Below, one piece after another: positions 49,628 to 60,931 of a DNA stretch of 64,000 nt. The stretch's first letter is position 1, and every line of letters begins with the position of its first letter. The position numbers and the translations under genes were made by a program. The stretch comes from Lingula anatina (taxonomy: Eukaryota; Animalia; Brachiopoda), in the NCBI GenBank assembly GCA_051362555.1, contig CM120641.1, forward strand, positions 9,114,001 through 9,178,000, in the 5' to 3' direction. Below the pieces are notes generated by a model. It had not been told where the DNA came from. It saw nothing but the letters and a program-made list of their open reading frames with translations, and ran no database searches.

Positions 49628-52600
49628 AGTTAATTGATTACTTATTAAAGGTATAAATAAAATAATTGCAAAAAGAAAACTAAATTACCAAGACTTTGAT
49701 AGTCTAAAATAAAATCTGCCAACAAAGACAACTTACCACATAAGCTCCAATGACATCTCCCTCTCCAAATGTCTCACCATAGTCATTGAATTTACAGTTT
49801 ACTGATGATTTTGCAGTACCACCATAACCATAGGAATGGGGTTCTTCACCTATAATTTGAAAGGCCTTCTTTACAAAAAATATCTGCATGATCATTAATC
49901 CAAACAATGTACCCGTTTACTTAGAAACTTCTGTTGCCAAATCTACCAGAAATTGGGAATACCAAAGGTGCTGCTTTAACCTCTATATAAGACTTGTAGT
50001 CAATATTACCAGCTCTTACCTAGCTGCATACTTGTATCCCCTGTGGACCAGCCAACACGGACCACATGTCTGCTCGTCTCTTCATCAGGGAGATGGTCTA
50101 CTTTGATTTGCTCCATGATCTAAATACAACACATGAAAGTAAAAATGTGTGCAAAGAAGATTAATTAAATAATTATGTGTAATTCTTAGATACTCAAAAT
50201 GTTTTAAAGAACTGAATTTCCAGCATTTACCTTGACCTCATAGCAGACCTTCCCTTCCTTAACTCCCCACATAGCTCTTGCACCTGCCCACATGAATGCA
50301 AAGCCTTCCATGGTTAGAGGAACACATTTGAAACCATCCTTGTCAATCTTCAGATTCAAGTCAGAGTTATCTGGAATGATGCAATTTTTTCAGTACAAAG
50401 AGTGCATAAATAAAATTCTACAGATTAAATGTGACAATTTACTATTCTATAACATAGACTCATGTCCCTTTGTAATGTATTATATGTCCAAGACAGATAT
50501 TATGCCAAATACTTTGACTAACTTTTTCTATGCCAATCACATCTGTGTAGCATATCTAACAAACATGTTCTTTGAGCCTTTTGCGAACAACTCACATCTG
50601 TCCCACTGTACATCTGTAGCACTCAGCCATTCTTCACTCTCTTCTTCCCTTGGTGGACTTTTTCCCCTAAAATACACATGGACAGCATTGTAATGACCAA
50701 TTATAGTGCCTATCAAAGGTCCATTTCTTTATTATGCTATACCTCAGGGCGAGCAGGCATGAGTTTCCCCCCAATTTATTCATAACTATGTCCACAGTAC
50801 TTGCTATTAACAGAAAAAATGCTTGAGAAATGTGCACCAATGCATTGTAAAGTACCTCGGGGAATGTCTGTGCCTATCTCTCGACCTTGACCTAGACTTC
50901 TGTCTGTGGGGTGAGCCCGATTTCCTTCTGCTCCGGTCCTTTGATCGACTTCTTGAACGAGATCTTTTCCTGCCTCTCTTCTCTTCTATAACACAAGACA
51001 ATAAAACACCATAAATTTTAAGAACTGCCTACTCTCATGTGGGTCTCAACTCCATTACATGCTAAATTTTTTCAATGATACTATCAGTATAGAACACAAT
51101 TCTACCCCCCCCCCCCCTTTTTTTAATGAGGCTGGCCACAGTCATGACACACTAAGTAATTTTGATTTAAATACCTTTTATTAGTGCTATACAAATTAAA
51201 GCTTCCACTTGCCCAAAAACTAATAAAACTACTACAATGAAAGCAAAACTAAAAAAAATTTACAACTGCACACTTTACCTATACGTTGTCTTGCATGCAC
51301 TTCTACAGAGACCCATATCAAGTAGTTTCAAAATGTTCTGTTCAGCACACTTAAGTTACCTTTGTTATCTTGGTTATTATCTTCCCGTTTCACATCATCC
51401 TCTGCCTTTTCTTTTTCCTCCTGCATCTCTTTTTGTCTATCCATCTTCTCTTCAGTTTGTGCTACATCTACAGCACTCACACTATTACCTTGTTCCATAG
51501 ATTCTTCCTCTTCAGCTGGTTGTTCGGATGCTTCTTCACTCTTTTCATTCATTACTTGGTCAGCACCCTCTTCCTCTTTGTGGTTTTCTGATTCCTGGAG
51601 TTAAGAATTTTATTCTTTATTTTCAAAATTAAAAAGTACCTTAATATCTCAAACTTCTTGCTATTCAAAAGAAATATTAGTAGTTATTCACCACAACAAT
51701 AACATTTTGGTTAGGTAGCAATGTTTCAATTTACATTACGTAACATTGAGCTTTTGCAGCATTTCTCCATTACTGCACTTCTCCCACTTCTCTCTAGGTT
51801 TAACCTTCTTTAAAAATCAAATGCAGCAATCAAGCCAATGTTAATCAAATTAAAAGACTTACAAGAAAAGAAAGCTGGTGAAAAGCTTTATGTATAAAGC
51901 CACCCCTCCTCTCTTCGGTTTTCATCAGAAACCAGGCACTGGACAAAATCACTCACCCAAAGAACTTTTCCAAATTCCATCTTCTTTATCTTCAGTTCTC
52001 ATTCTTCAATTGGATTTCTCATTAAATTGGTAACACAATTGGAAAAAATTTCCACAACAGACCATTCTTACACAACACCAGATTTATTAAATCGATACAT
52101 TCCACAACCAATCCCTCATGCCTTCCTGTCACTTGTAGATCACAATGTAAATTTGAGAAGCCCCAAAACTGTCAAAAGTTTCCATTTCAATTGACAGAGA
52201 TAATGCATACAGGATTCACAGGTTGATTAAAAATTGTGTTATTCCATTCAATTAGATTGATTATCACATCTTTTTGATGAATCAATTCATTTACATCAAA
52301 GTCAAGCCCAAATAAAAGAACACATACATTAACAGAAATGTTAACCAATGTCCACGACAAGGCTCTTCAAGCTTAAATATATTATTCTCAAGCGTCTGTA
52401 CAAATCTCTTCTTTTCTTTACAGTATATAACTTATGTTGGTAAGGCAGCTCTACAGGCTTCCTGCTGGCATTGCTTTTAACCAAGTGTCTTCCATTCTTC
52501 CAAGACATTTATATACACAAGTCTTAACTGTCATCTTCAACCATAAATGGATATTTTTGTGTGCAATGATATTGTAATTGTATATATGTGCTAATTAACA

Positions 52601-55600
52601 CTGTCCCCTTCAACTGACATTTTCATTACATACAAAAAGCTTTACATATATAAAATAAAAATTCTATGACCATCAAAATTAAGTGTACAGCAATTATTAT
52701 TAGCGAGATATTAAAATGTCATAATTCCTGTACCTTCAACTAGGTCCATAAATTCAATATTAGTATCTCTTGTTATGTGGACAACAAGAGCCGGTATGTC
52801 CTCTACGACCACAGCCAAGGCATAGTTTAGTAAGAGACAAGCACACCACATCAGCATGACCCTCTCTACCACATCTATAACAGGTGCCAGTAAAATGGCA
52901 ACCTTCATGGGCACTGTGTCCAATGCGACCACAATGCCAGCATTTGTCTGGCCACACATGGGACAAGTTGAGACGAACTCCAATCAAGGCATCATCCCAC
53001 TGTCTGCCTGCTATTTTCACCACATCCTTCACTACCTTTCTGAGGGCTCCAAGTTGCAGGTTCACCCCACTCACTGGATCTATCCAGCCTTCTTGATTAC
53101 TGTTGCCATCTGCTCCCCTCATCTGGCTGGCTATGCTGTAAAATGGTGTCTGGTATTTACTGCTCAGGAGACGGCACATGTTGTCCAGATGGTCGGTGTG
53201 GTCAGCTGGAATGTCTTGCCTATAACCAGGGGCCACAATGATTGGCTTCACATGCATACGGTGCAGAAATGCTATCAACTCCTCATAGACAAAACTCACT
53301 TTTCCAGTGATCCAAGCTATGATACTCTCATTTGGTACCAGCTGGTAGTCGGCCAAGTCATTGGATCCCATACAAATAGCTGCCCATTCTGTATTTTCTG
53401 CAAGGTCATTGGTTGCAAGGACATGTTTAACAATCTCGCTTGCTCTTCCTCCTGCTATAAATCTGGCTTCCACAGAAAGTTCGTATAACAGTCTTATGAT
53501 GTCAGCATCTTCTGCCAAACCTTTCAACAAATTATCTCCTATGAAAACCATTGGTTTAACATGAACAGAAAAGGCCAAGGGTACAGAATATTTGGCCCTC
53601 TTACGGTCAGTGCCCCTGTCACTGCTCTCTCTTCTTGAATTACTCTTTTCCCTTTCAAAAGGTCTCTTCTCTGAACTTCTTTGTTCATTTTTATAAAGTG
53701 CCCTATATCTGTCAGCTTCTTTCTCCAACCCCTTTATCTCAGCTTCTTTCTCCTTCAGTTTCCGGGCAAGATAACGAACCTCTTTCTTTTGCTTATCTAC
53801 TTCATGTCTCAGGCGCTCTTTTTCCTTCTCAGATTGATCTTTCATTTTTTCAAACTTAAATTTGGTATCACGCAAAACCATTTCTTTGCGCTTTATTTCA
53901 CCTTTCAATCCAATGGCCATGTCCTTTCCATTGCCATCAGTTATCTTACCAGTCTCCAACTTGATTATATAATCCTGTGAACTTCTCAGCTTCTTCTTCA
54001 GTTGACTATTCTCCAATGTGATTCTCTTTACCTCCTCCTGTAATTTACCCCAATCTCTTGCCATTTTCTCAATCAGCAACTGGGATTCTCTGCACTTAAA
54101 ACACCTCCAGTGCCTGTGCCCAATAGCCTTCTCATCCTCTTCACCAAGACAATTTTTATGATAGATTCTAGGGCAACCATCACATTTCACCCATTCTTTC
54201 TTCTCTTGGTCTTCTTCCTCATCTTCCTCTGTCTCTAGGCAGATAGGACAGGCATCCAAATCTAAGTCTTCTTGGTCAAAGTTGTCTCCGGACACCTCTT
54301 CTACTACAACCATATCTTCACCCTGATGGGAAAATATAGCCTGCTCAACAAAACTTATTATTCTTAATAATTACTAATGCAGTAAGGAGGTACCTTAATT
54401 ATAAACTAAAAAATACAGAGCAACCCTCTTTGATATCTCTCCACCACTGCAACTAAACAAAACATTTCAGTATGCAGGAAAAAAACTTTGTCAACTTCTC
54501 TCAAATAACCTACCTTCCTTTAAAACTCTTGGTTTCATTGTATGAATGAAAATTTGAACCTGTTTTATCAAGATACAGTTGTATGAAATATGCTATTTCA
54601 GAGTGGGAATCTATTTAATCGAATGGGAACCAAAAAAGCCCGAAGTCTTGTGGCTCAGGATAAAAATTAAGCGAGAAGCATGTATTCACTATGTTTTGCT
54701 TGTTATGATATCATGCAATAATTGGTAGCCCCATTTCACACTATCTTTTAATGGTTTCCATGATAAATAAGTCTAGTTTTTTTTCTGGTTCCAATTGCTA
54801 CTTACAAACTTTATGTAAGGTCATGTGTCGTGAACTGGTGTCTTAAAATCAAGGAAATGTTTACACAAACTGAAATATTTTCCTTTGGCGCAACTAATGT
54901 ATTTGTTGCAGTATAAACCATGGCTTTCTTGGAACCAGCTTTTAGCATTTTTTGTCTATTTTCAGGGAGAAAATATAGATGGGACACAGTAACTTAGACC
55001 CTTGCAGCACACTGAAAAAGGTATTTGCAATACTAATGTGAAAGCAATGATACTTTCAAACACTATATATGACAAGTAGTTCCAGTTTTATGATGAGTTT
55101 TCTAAGGAAACCCACACAACAAGAAATATTACCCATGTAACACAAATAAGACCAGTTCAGGACGCATGAACATACAAGCTTGCTACTTTATATTGACAAC
55201 AAATGATAACAAAGTGCATTACTATCAAAAAACACAAAAATACTCAAAGTTGCTCCATTACTAACATTAGTTTGCATGTAACTTGCCAATGTCATTGATT
55301 TTCACAAAAATCTTATGACATATTGCATAGAAATGTTGACATGTAAGGTTGGGAAGTGAACAATGGTATACAACATGAACTGGGTCATTGCTCAGCCAGA
55401 GGCATTTATATATCATTTTGACAACTGTATCCACAAAGAAATGTGGAAAGCAAAGTTTAAAGTTTAGAGCAGAACAAAAAGTTAGTCATTCATTCTTACC
55501 TCTTCCTGTTGTTGTTCTTCTGGTTGTTCACAAGTATCTGCTGCTGGCTCTGGTTCATTTTCTAATTCTTCTTCCTGGGGTAGTTGTTCTGGTTCTACGT

Positions 55601-56301
55601 CTGGTATTTCTACAGGTGCCTCTCCCTTTCTGGGTGAAATGGACTCATCTAAGTCTTGACTCCCATCATCTGTTGTATCAAGAATAGAGTCATCCACCTG
55701 GCTGTCATCTGCTGGAATAACCACATACAGCAATGAGTTTTGTTTAACATTTTTTAAAGAAATTCAAGACCTTCTCTTCAAGTTTTGTATTTTACATTTC
55801 ACAAAAACAGAAATTTTGAAGTGATGATGGTTTACAAGAACAATTCATTTCTCACATTTTTGATGGGAAACAAGCCCTTTTCAAGGCAACAAATATAAGC
55901 AATACAATATAAAGTGCTTTTCAGGGCAACAAATTCATTGTGCAGATCTTAACTCAAACACTTTTCAAGCCTGGTAAGCCATACTTACAGCAGGCCTAAA
56001 GTTGAAGGAAATACAGACTCTTAATTATTTTTGTTGGAATCAATATTATTCTGTGGTGACCATTTTTTAAAATAAACTAAATGGAATGAGATTGCATTCC
56101 CTCAATTTAAAACCCAATTATGAGATTTGAGTTAAGTGGCTATATAAAGGGTTTACCGGTCTCTATCCCTTGTTCTTTGTCTAATGCATTCTGCAGTCTT
56201 TTCACCAACTGGGCTTTGTTTCCTTTGCTGTCCAGGCCTCGCGTCTTTAGTTCCTCCCTCAACTCCACAACCTTCAACTTTTTTGGATCAATTTCACTCA
56301 T
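42416..56301 (-). CDS. HNRNPUL1: hnRNP U / hnRNP U-like protein (SAP, SPRY, AAA_33 P-loop, RGG, prion-like tail); co-ortholog of vertebrate HNRNPU/UL1/UL2
   Basis: Exons 56301-56157 ([18 protein letters not shown]), 55711-55500, 51594-51360, 50985-50856, 50666-50596, 50370-50231 ([16 protein letters not shown]), 50119-50020, 49849-49737, 49396-49241, 48918-48811, 48184-48062 (GLPGSGKT), 47867-47739 ([10 protein letters not shown]), 45921-45753 ([18 protein letters not shown]), 45460-45302, 45029-44877 (RGG), 44016-43966, 43491-43394, 43144-42929 and 42586-42416. An in-frame upstream ATG exists at 56334; polyA signal near 41670. Confidence 0.95.
48448..48570 (-). CDS. Duplicated alternative Walker-A exon of the hnRNP U-like gene
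   Basis: CAG|123 nt|GT, phase 0/0, encodes [41 protein letters not shown]; paralogous to exon 48184-48062. Confidence 0.75.
48998..49060 (-). ncRNA. SNORD54: Box C/D snoRNA, SNORD54/U54 homolog (guide for 18S Gm644, human numbering)
   Basis: TGGCA-ATGAGGA...TATACGCTATT-CTGA-GCCA. Terminal stem, variant C box as in human U54, and an 11 nt guide complementary to 18S AAUAGCGUAUA; the D+5 rule gives the G of AAUAG. Intronic and sense to the host gene. Confidence 0.88.
49493..49552 (-). pseudogene. Degenerate second SNORD54-like copy
   Basis: TGGCAAGGATA...ATACACTATTCTGAGCCA: D box and stem are kept, the C box is damaged, and the guide has one mismatch. Confidence 0.6.
49557..49625. repeat. (AAAT)n microsatellite
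   Basis: About 17 units seen directly. Confidence 0.95.
52760..54322 (-). CDS. Intronic transposon-ORF1/Gag-like ORF (PHD, coiled coil, SGNH-like, 3x CCHC); candidate alternative terminal exon of the hnRNP U-like gene
   Basis: 517 aa uninterrupted ORF: CPIC..CDGC..H..C..WRCFKC (PHD), long coiled coil, IGDN / GG / MGSND (SGNH blocks) and three C-terminal zinc knuckles. Acceptor TATTTTCCCATCAG at 54323 is in frame, phase 0. Confidence 0.85.
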   Translation of the reverse strand, partial: GEDMVVVEEVSGDNFDQEDLDLDACPICLETEEDEEEDQEKKEWVKCDGCPRIYHKNCLGEEDEKAIGHRHWRCFKCRESQLLIEKMARDWGKLQEEVKRITLENSQLKKKLRSSQDYIIKLETGKITDGNGKDMAIGLKGEIKRKEMVLRDTKFKFEKMKDQSEKEKERLRHEVDKQKKEVRYLARKLKEKEAEIKGLEKEADRYRALYKNEQRSSEKRPFEREKSNSRRESSDRGTDRKRAKYSVPLAFSVHVKPMVFIGDNLLKGLAEDADIIRLLYELSVEARFIAGGRASEIVKHVLATNDLAENTEWAAICMGSNDLADYQLVPNESIIAWITGKVSFVYEELIAFLHRMHVKPIIVAPGYRQDIPADHTDHLDNMCRLLSSKYQTPFYSIASQMRGADGNSNQEGWIDPVSGVNLQLGALRKVVKDVVKIAGRQWDDALIGVRLNLSHVWPDKCWHCGRIGHSAHEGCHFTGTCYRCGREGHADVVCLSLTKLCLGCGRRGHTGSCCPHNKRY

Positions 56302-56430
56302 GATCGTAATGCTTCCTTCACCTGGAATATCCATAGTACTCCTTCTTTAAAATTCCTTTATAAAAACATTAATTAAACGACATGAGCTACTGAAATTTCC
56401 AGAGCATTTAAGAGTAAAATAACCGGCTTG

Positions 56431-57005
56431 CACTTACCAGATCATTCAAAATGGCGGCACATTGAAGCGTGGGCGATCGCAGCGCCACATTTAGCAGTCG
56501 GAATTTTTATTAAAATCTTTTTCATTGGTTAGATTTCTTAAGCACTTCCTCGTAAATCAACCATATAAACCATAGCGGAAACTTATTCAGTACTGTTAAT
56601 GAATCCTAATATGACTACAAACATACTTTGACTCTAATTAACTATAGACTGTTACTTAATTCCAGCTACTATAGAATATGCTGAGGGCATTGTTGGTGAA
56701 GAACTGACCAAGGACTTAAAAAACAACAACAAATCAAAAAGCAGTTTGGAAAAAGGGAGCAACTGACAGTTTGCATGGAGTTATCTATACATTATAGATT
56801 CATTGGTTATATTTATTCATAATATGAAATTTGATGAATATGTAATTGATATATTGATGTTATTTAGCTTTCTAAATACAACTTTATGTTCTGGAGACAA
56901 AATGCATAATTGTTTTGTAAACACTAAGAGCTTCTCCCTCCAATGCGCAGCTGAGAGTTCATTTTGTTATTTACTGCGCAGGGTAGCAACACATTAGTTT
57001 ACATC
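56431..57005. promoter_or_regulatory. Bidirectional promoter region between the hnRNP U-like gene and EFCAB2
   Basis: The two ATGs are about 700 bp apart and divergent. A YY1-type motif CAAAATGGCGGC (56447-56458) lies in a short 5' UTR exon with donor CTG|GTAAGT. An RFX half-site-like GTAGCAAC and a forkhead-like GTTTAC (56983-57002) precede the ciliary gene. Confidence 0.6.
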
Positions 57006-60000
57006 ATGGCGGACGAAAAGGAAAGTTCGGGTGAGTTAAATTTCTCGTTTTAGTCACTACTTGAAACGATACAAAAATACTCGATTTCGCATATTACCTG
57101 TATTTGTATTTCTAACAGAATTGTAATTGGTTTTACATATTTTATAGATAACTATTTTTTTATTTATTTGAAAAACTTTATACCACTATACACTACTGTA
57201 TATATATATATATAGGCCAAATACACAGCAAATTTATTTTTAGAAATGATTTTTTCATTTAAATCCTTATTCAAAACTTATGAAGAGAGGGGTACTGATG
57301 TGTGTGTGTGGAGGAGGGGGGTATAGATATGGGGAATACCATGCAGATACTTATCAATGCTGGTAAGGTAATTTTCCTAATGGTGTAACTGTTAACTCAC
57401 AAGTCCACCTGTTTGCAGATGACTGCATAGGGGCTTACTTTACAGAATCAGAACCATTAGGAAAATTACTGACTACATCCTTTTGCAACAGGAATTGACG
57501 ATCTTTAAACATGGTCTACAGCATGTAATAGGAAATGTCCTTTAATGCTAAAATGCTACATGTATATCAACCAAAAATCCTCTCATTTTTATCAACTTAA
57601 AAAAAAATCATACCTGTACATGTATATATATTGGAACAAGTTTCCAAATGTCTTTATCTTGGTGTAACTCTTTCTGGTTATCTGAAATGGACCCCCACAT
57701 TAGAAAAGAAACTGAAAAAGCTAGCTGCTCACTCAGTCTCCCCCCCCCCCCCAAAAAAAAAGGGGGGAAATTAGTCTGTCAGTCTGTAGCAGTGGCAGAT
57801 TAAAGGAGTGTATCAGGGGGTCCTGCCCCCCCCTTTCAATTTCTGAAAAAATCAATGGTCTCCTCTTGAAATTAGAATTACTGTGATTAGTTCTAAATTG
57901 TACCAAATGGCACCTTTCGGCCTTTAAAAAACCAAAATTTTCTGGGGCCCTTCAGCTTCCCAAACCCACGCCAAAGGAGCTAGGGTGGGGGTGGGGGGCG
58001 GGGGGCTTTGCCCCGCCCCCCCTTCAAATAATCCTGGGTCTGCCCCTGCTTAGTCCCCTCTACACTAGAGTACAGTCTTATAGTCTGGGATCCCTTTAAC
58101 CAGAAAGATATTGACAAAATTGTTCAAAGCTGAGCAGCACACATCATAACAGGTGACTAAGCTGACAGAAAGCATTGGGTCTGGAAAGGCAGCTCGAAGT
58201 TAAAGCTGAAATAAAGAAAAAGAAAAGGCTTTGCAAGTGGATTTGTTAAATGTTTGAGTATACTGTATAGTAGGTAATAATCATTGTTCATTTGGCAAGT
58301 GGTTATTATTCTGTATGTTTTATATATATATTATGTCTTATTTTGTTTCAATTTTTCACATCAGAGTCCATGATAGCAGATGTGCAAAAAAGAATAACAG
58401 ATGCATTTGACATTTTTGACCATGAATCAAATAAAACAGTTGATGTCAGGTATGTCACACAGTAACAATTCTGTTTTAATGTAGTAATGGTTGATGAAGA
58501 ATTGTCTACATAAATAAAAAGACTCATAATTAGTTTTTGTATTTTTTGTATGCATTTCTTAATATGTTATATGTTTTTCTCATTAATTTGGCATCATGTA
58601 ACATGTATGTTAGGTTAGTCATTATTCATAACTACTTGAATAGAAATAATATAAAGAATTTATCATTTGCCTTGTGTAGGGAAGTTGGAACAATTGTGCG
58701 GTCCTTAGGCTGCTGTCCAAGTGAAGCAGAGCTGCATGATATGTTGGAGGAGGTAAGGGGATAGTCTTTGGGGATAACTTTAGATGCCAGCCATATGGTC
58801 ACCATTCACATGTATATTGATAATTAAGGAGAGAAAGCAATCAGTCTCAGGGGCGGATCCAGAGATATTTTCTGACAGTCTTCCAAATGATCTTTGTTGA
58901 TCCATGCACCATTTTTGACCATCTTCCGACAGAAAAAATTAGATACCTTTCATTGTAAACTTGAAAATCTGACCATCTTTCAGAAGATGCCTTAATCCAC
59001 CCCTGAATCTTTTTTGCAATATATTTGATATCCAAACCAGTTATGAATTTCAAATATGCACATCCAGAACAAGCAGGTGGCATACTACAAATAGAAGATG
59101 ATTATTAGTCGATTATCTTTTCATGAAAACAATATGTAGGATGATTTGTGATTATCTTTTCAGATTGAGGAAGAAGAACCAACTGGATACATTAGATTTG
59201 AAAAGTTTTTAGCTATGATGACTCATGTTTTAATGGAGAGAAGGTAATTAATGGTCACCAATATGAAATAATCCATTGAAACACATCTTTTCTGGACATT
59301 TTGATAAAATGAGTCATTCAATAATACTGCCACATTTTGTTTTTGTTTGCTTACATTTTTTGTTTCTTTTCAGGTACAAACCTTCTCCAGAGGATATAAT
59401 TTTAAAAGCATTAATGACATTAGATGTTGAACATAAAGGGCATTTAACCCAGGAAGAGATTACAAAATATATGACAACAGAAGGTAAGTACTGAATCCAG
59501 CACAAGAGATTTTAATGCAGTAAAATGTGAGATGGTATACTAAAGCATACCCCATTTAGAATGAGAGCTGTGATTTCCATATAATCTTGATCATGTCTGA
59601 TTGTAGAATTCAACAGGTCTGTGTCACAAAAATCAACTGAAGCAAAGAAGATAATTATGTTTTTTATGAAACACTCTATGAAAATCTCAATGGGCCATAC
59701 AAAATGTGACTATTAAAAACAGGGGCAATAAATCAGAAAATGTCACTGACAATTAAAAAACAAAATAAAATAACATTTAGCAAAAGTACTAGGTTAAAAA
59801 TATTATTAAACACTTTGTAAACATTTTTAAAAATGTACTTTACTGAAGTTTCAAAAGTCAGTATTTTTGCTTCACATTTTGTTACCAACAAGTTATTCAA
59901 AAGTTTAGGAATATACATCTGAAATGCTTTGTTCCCACTTTATGGAATTGCTTTCCTATCAACAGGTATTAACATGAAAATCAATAAATCTAGATCTAGA

Positions 60001-60269
60001 CATCTTTTCTGAATGTTTCTCCTGGATATATTTTCATTTGACTGGGCATTCAGTTTACCAAAGATTAATTTTATATTTAAAAATATCTTATACATGTGCT
60101 TCTTCTGAAGGTTATCTAGATAAAAGCACTGACGTTGAAATCTTCTATTTCAGGGGAACCATTCACACCTGAAGAAATGGAAGAGATGCTCTCAGCTGCT
60201 GTGGACCCAGACAAGGGTGTGGTTCTGTATAAGGACTATGCCTCTGCCATGGCACTGGAGGAAACATAA
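57006..60269 (+). CDS. EFCAB2: EF-hand calcium-binding domain protein 2 / dynein regulatory complex subunit 8
   Basis: Exons 57006-57030, 58365-58449, 58680-58752, 59164-59243, 59374-59483 and 60154-60269 give MADEK..AFDIFDHESNKTVDVREVGTIVRSLGCCPSEAELHD..EEEEPTGYIRFEKF..EGEPFTPEEMEEMLSAAVDP, matching human EFCAB2. Confidence 0.96.
57380..58160 (+). mobile_element. Decayed CR1/L2-type LINE RT C-terminal fragment, interrupted by a GC-rich MITE (about 57790-58048)
   Basis: VHLFADDC, YLGVTLS..LKWTPHI and LEYSLIVWDP remnants; insert bounded by CAGTGGCAGAT ... TCTGCCCCTG. Confidence 0.7.
58848..59005. mobile_element. CAGGGGCGGAT-type MITE, second copy
   Basis: Reverse-complement homolog of 32046-32212. 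Confidence 0.8.
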
Positions 60270-60581
60270 CGTGGCAGAAATGACTGTATTTGCATTGCCA
60301 TTGTAGCTTAAATATGGTATTTCATAATGATGAGAGAGACACTGATAACTTTTTTAAAAAATGTGAAAATGCCCCCCCCCCACAACACACCCACACTAAA
60401 GGAAAGAAAACAATTCACTATTTATATTCATAAATTTAATATTCACTGTACATTATGTTAATTTACAAAAAATGTATCAATGCCTGTCTTTTTAGAAAAT
60501 GCACAAACTGCACATAACCTGATGTTCACAACAAAAAAGTCATAAAGGCAGGTTTATTTTTCTTTATGAACAATATATCAA

Positions 60582-60608
<27 letters not shown>
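60582..60608. repeat. (CT)n microsatellite
   Basis: Seen directly. Confidence 0.9.
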
Positions 60609-60614
<6 letters not shown>

Positions 60615-60931
60615 CACAATAATGACATTTCATTTTAAATAAATCCACCATATTTACTACAAGTTCTTTTTTTTCGTCAATAAAAATTATTGTATTACTG
60701 TTGACTACAAGGGGTATTATTTATCACAATTGTTTGGTAAATACGATGAGTGTCCAAAACAGAAAAATTTCAGTAGTTACCAATTGTAAACCAGCAAGTG
60801 ATAAGGTTCATTATATCAACAAATTGAGCTATGAATTGGGTACATTTCTGGCATTTATGATATAATAATTTTTGGCAATGTACATAAAATGAACCAGTTT
60901 GTAAAGCACTGCTACAAGTTCTTTTTTTTCG

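Noticed and set aside
52856-53980. Plus-strand ORFs overlapping the PHD-SGNH ORF
   Set aside because: Antisense shadows of the real minus-strand ORF.
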